Source: Octopus sinensis
Taxonomy: Eukaryota
NCBI RefSeq assembly: GCF_006345805.1
Contig: NW_021834936.1
Span: 1 to 38,685 of the forward strand
Direction of reading: 5' to 3'
DNA: 38,685 nucleotides
The notes below the pieces were generated by a model. It worked only from the letters and a program-made list of their open reading frames with translations, did not search any database and was not told the origin of the DNA. Position numbers and translations under genes: made by a program. Within the stretch, counting starts at the first letter, position 1. The number at the start of each line of letters is the position of its first letter. Positions 1 to 11,200 of this stretch are shown here, piece after piece.

Positions 1-57
<57 letters not shown>
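1..57. repeat. (TA)n microsatellite
   Basis: Direct reading. Confidence 0.95.
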
Positions 58-59
<2 letters not shown>

Positions 60-573
60 TATATCTATAAAACTGTAGTTGTGTGAGTGTCTGTCTGTCC
101 CCTTCGATTTAGATTCCTAACTCCTCCCACATTTTGCGGTGTCGTTTAACCAAATTCGGGTATCTTATATCGTGATTCATATCGAGCCCGTCTGGCTATT
201 AGCGCGCGTCTACGATGAGTCTATCTACGATTTTAAAAATAATTTAACATCATTTTTATATCCATTTTAATGCATAATTTTTCGTGTGTCGATGGCGGTG
301 GAGTTGGCGTCCATGGTCACACCTGCACCTGTTTGCTTCTCCCCCTTCCCTCCCTCGTGAAGCTGTGGGTAAGGGAGTGTAAGGAATCACGTCGTAAAGC
401 GTTGTCAAGGAGACCAGCGTTCTTTTTAGAACAACGCTTCATGGCTTGAGACAACCAAAACAAAATGGCTAAGAAAGCCGCCCGAATTGGCATCTATAAG
501 CAAGTAACTCTCTAAAAATGCTTATATAGTTATTTCCCTTACAAACCCGAGCAACGCCGGGCGATACTGCTAG
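58..573 (+). mobile_element. Non-autonomous Helitron
   Basis: 5' TC preceded by A(57), 3' CTAG (570-573) followed by T, subterminal hairpin CCCG-agcaacgc-CGGG (546-561), no TSD, CpG-rich body inside a (TA)n tract. Confidence 0.85.
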
Positions 574-810
574 TATATATATATATATTTATACATATGC
601 ATATATGAATACAGGATGTCACCAACAGTAAACAACATGAAATATGAAAACAAATGAGTCCAATATGCAAACAACGAGAGACACAAAGGGAAAAGAAGAG
701 AAGGTCAAGGCTGGACTGTCTTCGACCTTAATTTTGCTCAGTCATGGCAAACATGGCAGTTAATCAACAAACATTAGAAAAATAATAATAATAAAGGAAA
801 AGGCACTGAC

Positions 811-900
811 CTGGGTTCGATGCCAGATAACTGAAGCCCTGGAATGTCCAAGTTTATTTTTACACGGACCTTTGTCATAGTGACGTAACAGGAAGTCATC
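811..900 (-). CDS. RNF144A: RNF144-like coding exon 7 (90 nt)
   Basis: ctaattgcag|GAT...CAG|gtcagt; [30 protein letters not shown]. Not present in the ORF track. Confidence 0.95.
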
Positions 901-1894
901 CTGCAATTAGGGAACAGAAGTTAGGGTCAGCATGGGGAATGAGGGACATGGGAGGAGGTGGGGGGGAAGGTGCAAATGTTCTGAGAAAGCAGAGGCTTAT
1001 AAGTGGAGGAGGAGGAGGGGAAGAGCAGCAGGTGTGTTAGTAAAGAATGAATGAATGAGAATACGGTAGAACTCAATGCGGGTGTCTGTGGTAGCAAATG
1101 GAGAAATATCAGAAGAAGGAAAAACATTCACAAACCGGATTAAATTATTTTATGAGAAAGAACAGATGGATCGTACCCAAACGCTGTGGCACTTTTTTTT
1201 CTCACTTTAAGAACTCTTTGTATAACAAACAGGATAGAATAATAATAATAATAATAACAATAATAATAATGGCTGAAGGAGATTGAAATAGAATGCCTGG
1301 TAGAGCTCCTACAAAAAGTTTGTCTCTTGGGGACAGCAAGAATTATCAGGAGGGTTCCAAGCACTTGAAAGACTCCTGAAAACTTGTGGATACCTAAGGT
1401 TACAGGTAGTGACCCACTACCGACATAAATTCTAACAGGAATAACTCCGGACCTGAGCCCTGTCCTCCAAATAATAATAATGGTTTCAAATTTTGGTGCA
1501 ATGCCAGCAATTTAGGGAGAGGGGTGTAAGTCAATTACATCGACCCCAGTACTCAACTGGTACTTATTTTATTGACATCACATGGCCAAGCACCAACACA
1601 GTCTTCTCTCTTGCATGCTGCATTTGATTCCTCTTCTGCCCAACTTTTCTCTCAATACACTCTGTTGTACACGCATACTAATGTTGCACATCCAGTGGAG
1701 CATACTACCTTCATTTCTCTCCAATCTATGCATGTCTTCTGCATTCAGAGCCCATGTCTCACTACCCTGGAGTACAGCCATTCACACACAAGCATCATGT
1801 AGTCTACCTTTCATTCTGAGAGAGAGGCCTTTTGTGGCCTGCAGAGGTAATAGCTCTCTGAACTTCCTCCACCCTATTCTTATTCTAGAAACAA

Positions 1895-1925
<31 letters not shown>

Positions 1926-4900
1926 GCCTAGAATTTTAGTAGAAGACAGTTGCCTAATATGCCACACAGTGGGACCGAACCCTTGATCCAAGCATTCGAG
2001 AAGCAAAACTTCTTTGTTTACAAGGCTCACCTATACTTTGTAAACAAACACAGAAAGTGGATGGACAGCTTCCTTTTAAAATCAGACACTAAAACTATCA
2101 ATTTTGGGTATTTTTGACCAGCATACTTCGGCTGAGGCTGTCCCCCATCGAGAGAGAGAGAGAGAGAGAAAGAGAAAGGGTGTGTGTGTGTGTGTTGACA
2201 AAGAGAAACTTCAATCAATATCCAGATGATTAAGGAGTCTACATGCAGTCAATCAACTTGCTAAAAATAACAGCCAAACTTCCCCACCACTTTGAAAATG
2301 GAAGGATACAGATGATTGTTAACAAAACCTAAAATTTAAAAAAAGGGAAAAAATAATAAAAGCCGCTTACATCCAATGATGCGAGACAGTACCAGCAGAA
2401 GACGTGCTTGCAACGTTTACACATCATTTGGGCACAGCCATCGTTTCTCTCAATTGGAACATGGCACACTGGACAGCGTTTGATTTGTGCATCTTCAATA
2501 TTGCTGTATGGGATACTGTTGAGAGAAGGAAAAGGATAAGAATGCCATCAGCTACACAGCAGGAGGACATGCCACTGCAGTATTGGCCACAAGGACCATA
2601 AAAACACAAAACATTCAAACACATGAGGCAACAAACATATATTGTATAAAGATGTGAACAAATGGAAAAGAGAAAATAAAAATACACCCCAAAAAATTAT
2701 CAGATTTGCATAAAAGTTAATACACATACAAAGAAGGATAAACAGTTATATATATATATATATATATTATATATCATTATCATCATCGTTTAACATCTGC
2801 TTTCCATGCTAGCATGGGTTGGACGAATTGACTGAAGACTGGCAAACCAGATGGCTGCACCAGGCTCAAATCTGATCAGGCAGAGTTTCTACAGCTGGAT
2901 GCACTTCCTAACGCCAACTACTCCAACAGTGTAGTGGGTGCTTTTATGTCCCACTGGCACGAGGGCCAGTCAGGCGGTACTGGCAACGGCCATGCTTAAA
3001 TGGTGTTTTTTACGTGCCACCTGCACAGGAGTCAGTCCAGAGATCAACAGAGATCACGGTGGTCATTTCAACTGAGCAACAACAATATTTCAAAGACAAT
3101 GTTTTATCTATCTCAACCTTTTAGAAAGTGTTAAGGGTGGGGAAACAGACATACCCCCTCTGCCTCCCTGCATTAAAAAGGGGACATTTATAGGAGTAAG
3201 AATTTTTTTAAAAATCACTTTTTAAAACCTATTTATTACAATCGTTAATGAACGACTAAGATTTTAATATTGATGAATGTGTGGTTAAGAAACTTACTTC
3301 ACAATGGATTTGGAAGATAGGAAACTGAAAGAAGCCCATTGTGTGTATCTGTGCACATGTAGGTGCCTGAGTGTACCTTAGTATACACATCACATGATGA
3401 TTGTAAACAAGCATCCCCTCTCTAAAAGCAAGTTTGTTTTCAATCTTCCATGGAAAATATTACTTTGCTTAGAAATAGGTGAGGGTTGGTGACAGGAAAG
3501 GCGTCCAGTTATAAAAAAACATGCCTCAATAAATCCCATCCGATTCAATGGTAACAGTTACTTTTTAAATTGAACAATATAAAAAAAAATCGATTGCTTC
3601 ATTGTAATTGTAGCAATGATTCAAAACCAAATTGCTAGTTAAGTGAGCAGACATCACAACCAAACCACAGTCGTTTCACATGATCAGCCTATTACGCAAC
3701 CAATCAAGATCAAGCCAATGTGTAATTTGGTTTTCTAGAATTTTCTCTTTGTACCCTTATATAAAGGTGGTTTTTGGTGGTAATCATGGAATATGGAGGC
3801 AGCTATATGACGTTTCCATTATCATCATCACACTGAGCCGATAGTAGACAGATGGCAGATAGTAGACAAGAATTTTTGTCACCACAAATATAGCAGAATT
3901 ATTCTCCAGCCACAGATTTCTATATCCTAAATCCCAAGCAGTGAGTCTCTCCCAAAATGTAATTACTGCTGTCAGTATTTGTCAAAAGACCAACACAGAA
4001 AATACTATGTACAATAAAATCTTTTGTTAATTGTTCATGTGTTGTTAGTTGGCTCTTCATGCAAAACAAGAAATACAATCACGTTCACACTAGCAGTTAC
4101 CATGACTACCACACCCAGGACAAAACCATCCTATCCATGTAACATAAGAAAGACAGATAATAAAAAAAAAACTAAAATTCTTGCTCAATACTGTCTTAAT
4201 CCAGCCGAGATAACATTGGTGACATCACAATGTGTTGGAGCAGCTGATAATTAAACCAGCAGAATGGATTAACTCTGTACTATAAAGAAACTTTTGTGGC
4301 AATTTGGGTCAGCAAAAATAAACAGAGAAAGTTGACAAATTTAGCAAAGTTTTTAAATAAATTCATCATAATATTCATCATCATTATCACTTAATGGAAT
4401 GGTTTGGGTGGTTTAACAGGAACTGGTGAGCCAGGAGACTGCATAGAACTCCAATGTCTGTCTTGGAATAATTTCTATGACTGGATGCTCTTCCTTTGGA
4501 AAGTGGAATGGGTGCATTTTTTTGTGGCACTGGAACTGGTGAGGTCGCCAAGTAATTTGCAAGTTAAGAACCCCTCAAATGGCAAGTGAAGAGAGGTTTA
4601 AAGTAGAATAGGAGGGATAAGAATGGAAGTCTTGTTGTAGAAGGAGATGAAAGGCTATTCTAGTTGGAAAGCAAGGAAAGAGATGGTGCTGAAGAGGTGT
4701 TAAGGTGCAAGAAACTTCACTGGGGAATATGGTCATAGCTTTCTCAGCAGTTTTTGAATTAATCAGGATTTATGAGATTCACAAAACAGTTGTAAGAGCC
4801 TGTCGGATTTATACAATCCCTCCATGGACCGGAAGACGGATCAACTGGATGAGTCTGTTTCTATTAACTAATTATCTGTGGCCATGCTGGGGCACTGCAT

Positions 4901-5239
4901 CGAAGGGTTTAGTCAAACAAATTGATCTCAGTGCTTATTTTTTATCCTGGTACTTATTCCATTGATTCCCTTTGCTGAACTGCTAAGATAAGAGGATGTA
5001 AATAAACACCACCAGTTATCAAGCAGTAAGGGGACAAACACATGTACACATGGGTGTGCGTATACACAGACGTGTATGCATTTTCAATCACAAAGCATTG
5101 GTCAGACCAGGGCTATAGTAAAAGACACTTGCCTAAGGTGCCATGCAGTGGAACTGAACCTGAAACCACAGGGTTGCAAAATGAGCTTCTTAATCACACA
5201 ATTATTCCTGCTGATCAAAGGCTTTACTCCTTACACTAC

Positions 5240-5273
<34 letters not shown>

Positions 5274-8200
5274 TTGGTTCCAAATTTTGCCACAAGGGCA
5301 GCAATTTGGGGGGAGGGGGATAAGTCGATTACATCAACCCCAGTGTACAACTGGTACTTATTTATTGAACCCGAAAGGATGAAAAGTAAAGTCAACCATG
5401 GCAGAATTTGAACTCAGGACCTGATGATCAACAAAATACTGCAAAGCATTTCGTCTGCATGCTGACCACTCTGCCAGCTCACCACCTAATAATAATAATA
5501 ATCAATTCTTTTTTATTGGCCACAAGGGCTGACACGCATGATTACATAAAGGGACAAGACAGGACGAAAGGTTACAAAGGGTTTTGCCTTTTTTTTAAAA
5601 ACATCGAGTAAAAATCTTTATAACAACTTATAAAATTCAACAATGAAAAACTCCCAAAAGGGGGAGACGTTTCGAAAGGTTCCTGGTGGAAAAAACCCTA
5701 CAAAAGCCAACGGAGCCTGGTCAAAAAAAGGGGTGTAGAGAGTCCCCTTTCTTCTCCCTTTTACTTACCTTTTTCTTTGAAATCACAGGCGAAACCTGAG
5801 AACTGGTCCATTTATACAGGCCAGTCTCGCACAATTCACCCACCTTTCATAAAACTTGCTATCGGACAGCACTTTCCTCTCTAACCTCATCTTCCTTTTC
5901 AAGTGAAACTTGAAAAGTTGATGAGGCCTTGACCAAAGAGGAAAGTGTCTGTCTTTAGCCCTTTTAAAAACGAGTCCACCACACGACCTCTTTCGCCACA
6001 GCCACTAGGCACAAGAAAACGGCCTCGCCCTCCTTGTTAAAGGAGGTCGGCGGGGCAATCTTCACTATGGATTCGGCCGATAGTCGGATCCGTCCTACAC
6101 GGACAGTATCTGTTCGACATAAACCCATATTTCAGCAATACTCGGGCACTGAACGAGTGCGTGCAGAACGGTTTCGTCGTCCTGGCAACACCTCCTCGGG
6201 CAGGCCCTGACGGCACTTCCGTGCCGGTAGAGTTTATCTCGAACAGGCAGAGCCCCTCGGTAGCACTGCCAAGCGAGAGACCTCTGGAAATTATCCATCG
6301 GCCCCCGCCCGAAAGTCCTCCCGAACAGACCGCACAGTTCGTCATCTTCAACGCCTAGAGTTTCCTCCAGAACGTCGTCGCATTTTTCCTCCACTAACCC
6401 TCTATAGAACGCTAGAGTGGAGCTGTAACCGACCGCATTGCCCGCCTGGCGGAGGGCGGAGAGGGCTTGACGGCACTCGAGGTGCCAAGCGCCCTTTCTC
6501 GGTCTACGTTTGATCCAGGTCTGCAGTTCCGTCAAGGAGACGAGCTGCGGAAAATCGCGTCTGACAAACGACCACACCTGTTCACCGTCTAGGAAGCGCT
6601 TGAGATGCCGCAGCCTGAGCGCATGTCTGCGCAACAGCAACCACGGCATTCCAAGGCCTCCGTTCAGCGGTCGTTGACAGCAGATGGATCGCCTGACCAG
6701 TGGCACCTGACCCTTCCACAAAAAGTCGAAGAGCAGACGTACCAGCTTGGCCAACCAGCGGTCGGGACAAGGGACGACGGTCAAGCGGTAATAGATGACG
6801 GATGCGATGTACGCATTCGCCACCTCCTCCGCTCGACCTTTCAGGGACAGCTTCCTCTCGGCCCATTTCTGGTGAGACGTGCCACCCTGCTCGTCACCTC
6901 TTCCCAGTTCTTATCCACCTGGAGGTCCGGACCGAACCAGACCCCGAGCAGTTTAACGGGTCCGTCTGTCCAGCGCCCTACGACGCTGTTGGACGGCATG
7001 GGCTTGCCTCTCCAGGTGCCCAGTTGCAAGCCCACAGACTTTTCCGTTTTAATTTTCTGCCCTGTCACCGCTTCGTACTGGTTTAGCGTCTCGCCAATCA
7101 GGCCAATGTGCCTGTGGCTCGACACCACCACGGTGACGTCGTCGGCATAAGCAGACACGCGCTGTTTCCGCCTCCTAGATCGCGCGGGATGCCCCTCAAA
7201 GCCTCCAACTTGCGCAGTAATGGCTCGAGAGTCAAAATGTACAAGAGGGAGGAGAGAGGGCATCCTTGGCGGACCGAACGCGAGATGTCGAACGGTTCCG
7301 AAAGGTGACCGTTCACCCGTATCACTGAGCAGATGTTTCTGTATAAAGCAGCGATCCACCCGCGGAAGACTGGACCGAAGCCGGCTGCCCTGAGGACAGC
7401 TGCCAGGTACCGATGGTCGACCCTATCGAAGGCTTTACTCTGATCCAAGTTGATCAAAGCCCCACCCGCGCCAGCGTCATTACCCACCCTCTCTATGATG
7501 TAGCGCATGAGATGGAGGTTGTCGTGTATCGACCTGGTCGGCACGGCGCATGTCTGCGTCTCGCCGACCAGCTTGTCCACGACAGGCGCCAATCTCTTGG
7601 CTAGCACCTTGGCCAAAATCTTCAACTCTGCATTGAGCAGAGTGATGGGCCGGAAATTCCCTATAACGTCCCCCTTGTTTGGGTCCTTCTTTAGCAAAGC
7701 CACCATCCCTCGACAGACAAAAGCAGGAATTCTCCCGTTTTGCTGCCAGTTGCAGTAGACGTTTGCCAACAGGTCCGCAAACAAGTCTGGCATTGAAAAG
7801 TAAAGCTCGTAGGGCAGACATCCAAACCCGGCGATCTACCTCTCGTGCAACTCTTCATCGCTTCCTGTACTTCCCAGGCAGATATCGGTCCTTCGCAGCA
7901 CTCTGCCTCGCTGTCCGAGAGTTGCGGCAGTCCGTCCAGGTACACACCGAAGTCTGTACCGTTGGTGTCCGTTCCACCGCTCGTCCCAAACAGTTGAGCA
8001 AAGTGCCGCTGAAGCACCGTACACATCTGCTTCGGTTGGGTAACCTCGCGCCCGTTCTGGTCCACCAAGACCGAATGGTTGCTGTTGCCTCGCTTCGCCT
8101 CCGCCACGCGGGCCCATCGAGCGGCTCTAGTCCCCTCCCCGCTTAGCGAACGTGCCTTAGCTCTGACAACGCAGCCTTCGTGTTTGGCGTCGAAGTGTTG

Positions 8201-11200
8201 GTCGAGGGCCAACCTTGCCGCCAACACGTCGGTCGCGATGCCAGTGTCAAGAGCCTCGTCTAGTTTCTTAACTAAATCCAAATCCCCTCTCTCTTCCTAC
8301 GTTCAATAGCTAGAGTCTTACTATACCTAATCGACTCTACTCTAATGCTCTCTTGAGGGCAACCACCAGTTGTTGTTGATGATTGCCCCCGTGAGCGCCC
8401 GCTTAACTAGTAACTAATCCGGTCTCTGTAAGCTTTGCACGCCGTTAACGACGCGTTCAGCTTCCAGTAGCCGGGTCCCTGTCTATGTAGCCTATCTAAG
8501 TCGACCGTACAGATCACTAATTTGTGGTCCGTATTTCGACTAGTGGAATTGTGGACACCCTACGCTGTCCTTATCCGCTGGCCTACAAAACACTCTATCT
8601 AAGTACGATCTAGACGACCCGATGCGGTTTGTCCAAGTCCACATTGGCACATTGGGTTGTCTAGTCGAAACCTGTCGGACAGCTGAAAGCGGCCGAGTAG
8701 GTTGGCGAGGCTCTTGCACCCTCCCCTCTCCTATCAGACGCTCCCCTGCCCACCCGATCGAAACGTTCGTCTAAGACAGCGTTCCAATCCCCAACTAGTA
8801 CTAGAGTGCGTGACGTTCCCAGGAAAACTTCCAGACGTTTGAAATAATCTGACTGCCCTGCTCCTGTCGGAGCGTAGGCAGCCAGCAGTCTGAAAGCACC
8901 GCCGTCACTACCGTCGACGTCGAGGACCACCAACTTACCTTCCGGATCCAAGAAGACTGTCCTTATTTTCAGGTCCAGGCCCTTCCGAAACAACACCGCA
9001 GTACCACCACCCCCCGCTCCCGGCCGACACGGAGATAGAAATATCTCGTATCCGCCGAAAAGGGCTGCGAGTTCCTGCGGGTCGGAGAGCCTGGTTTCAC
9101 TGATGGCTGCTACAATCCACATCATGAAACCTCAGGTCGTTTAACAGGTGACCCTGTTTCCAAGGTGACCCGAGGCCTCTCACATTCAAGCAACCGATTC
9201 TAAGATTTGCCATGTTTCAAAAGTTAGGGGAAAAAAAAGGAGAAAAAATATTCTTTAGTAAATTTGCTTTGCAGAGGTTTTGGTTTTCTTTTTTTCCCCT
9301 AAATTCTTAAACCTGCAAAGACTCTTCAGATTCTGCAAGAATGGAATCAATGACAAACTCACACTTCCTCTCGTTACTTATATTCCTAATTTTCTGACAG
9401 ATGAGTTTTTGAGATAACCTAAATTTCTCAGACATCTTTTCATTCACTTCCTCCAACATGTTGTGATAGTCTTCAGGTGCACCCTTCACACACACACACA
9501 CACACACACACTCAACATCACAGAAATATGACTTTTCACTACTAATAATGGAGCAAATGTCATGTTTAATAAATGACTACTAATGTGTAGTTTACTCATT
9601 TATAAACTAAAACCTGTGTGTGTGTGGTGAAGGATCAATTAACCAAATATCTTCTCAGCAACTTTGGGTAATCCTGGCAGGGGCCTAAACTACTGAGCAT
9701 TCTCTATTTTTTTTTCTCAACATTTCAAGTGGAAGATGAGACATCCAAGAGGTGCAAGCATGGCTGTGTGACAAGTTTGCTTCCTAATCACATGGTTCCG
9801 GGTTCAGTCCCACTGCATGGCACCTTGGACAAGTGTCTTCTACTATAGCCTAAGGCCAACCAAAGTCTTGTGAGTGGATTTGGTAGACAGAAACTGTAGG
9901 GAAGCCCATCATGGGTGTGTTTATGCCAGTTCCCTACCACTGCTTGACAACTGGTGTTCTTACCTTGCCATAACTTGGTGGTTCAGCAAAAGAAATTGAT
10001 CGGTAACAGAGTTCTTTATTTAAGAGATGAGAAATTATGTACATTATTTACATTTGGCGGATATTTGTCCTCATCTTGTTTGTTGTTAACACAACGTTTC
10101 CGCTGATGTACCCTCCAGCCTTCTTCAGGTGTCTTGGAGAAATTTCTAACATGGGTTCTCATTCCTAAGGTATTTTTTTATGTTATTATTATTATCATCA
10201 TTATTATTATTATTAAGGTCACTGCCCGTGAGCATATGGCATAGTGGTTAAGAGTGCAGGCTACTAACCCCAAGATTCTGAGTTCAATTACAGGCAGTGG
10301 CCATAATAATGACAATATTGAAAAATACCTTAGGAATGAGAACCTAGGTTTGAAATTTCCGCAAGGCTCCTGATGAAGGCTGGAGGGTATATCAGTCGAA
10401 ACATTGTTTAATAACAAACAAGATGAGGACAAATATCCGTCAAATGTAAATAATGTAAACAAGTACCAGGCTTTAAAGAACAGTAACCATTGGACCACAC
10501 ACCTTCACACATGTCTCTCACTAACACATATCAGTGAAAGATTTAAGCAAGAGAGAGAAATTATCTTCAAGTAGCCTGTAGTATTTGTTCTGTGCAAGTT
10601 TCATAGATATTTGCTTGTCCTTTGAGTCATTAGAAATGTAGTGAACCAGTGATTGACCTGTCAGATACTTGAAACCAACAGAAATGTTGTTCACAAAACA
10701 GTGTCACAAGATAATTTGCTATTGTTTACGATATAAAATAAAGTGGTTGAGTTGCCTCTGAGCAATGGGAACATAAAGCACAGATAAGTGACAAACCCTG
10801 ACAGAGCACACCTGAGCTGTCACCTGATACAACATAGATAAGTGAACAAACAACAGAATAGGTTCTAAATAACTAGCAGACTGTGAAGCTCCACCAATTT
10901 TGTTAAAGTAAATTGATAAAAAATGGTCCCTAAAATTGTTACTGGAATCACTGACAAAACTTTTCCTGGGAAAGCTGGTGGAACTGGGATCAGGTGAGAA
11001 GAGTTTGTTCAACCACCAAAACTAATCAACTTGATCACGTGATAACATTGTCGTTAAGTTGGAGAATCAGTTCAGCAATTGTTTATGAACTTTGATAGTT
11101 CGTTATAATCTATTTTTACTGATTTAAATTGATATCCTTTATCATCATCATCATCATCATTTGAAGTCTATTTTCCATTTTAGAATGGGTTGGATGGTTT

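Larger units (their letters stand above)
10005..10457. mobile_element. tRNA-headed element with Penelope-type hammerhead tail, preceded by an inverted copy of its tail
   Basis: Arms 10040-10226 and 10293-10457 are reverse complements (roughly 85-90% outside an AAT tract). The 66-nt loop contains an A box (TGGCATAGTGG 10237-10247) and a B box-like GAGTTCAATT (10280-10289). Confidence 0.8.

Noticed and set aside
3603-3895. Solo LTR
   Set aside because: Termini are not inverted complements and no target-site duplication was found.
6161-8309. Plus-strand ORFs of 65-181 aa overlapping the LINE
   Set aside because: Antisense open frames expected in GC-rich coding sequence, with no recognisable motifs.
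10227-10300. Functional tRNA gene (ACT anticodon-like loop)
   Set aside because: The acceptor and T stems do not pair properly and the sequence runs straight into a repeat tail, so it is treated as a SINE head.
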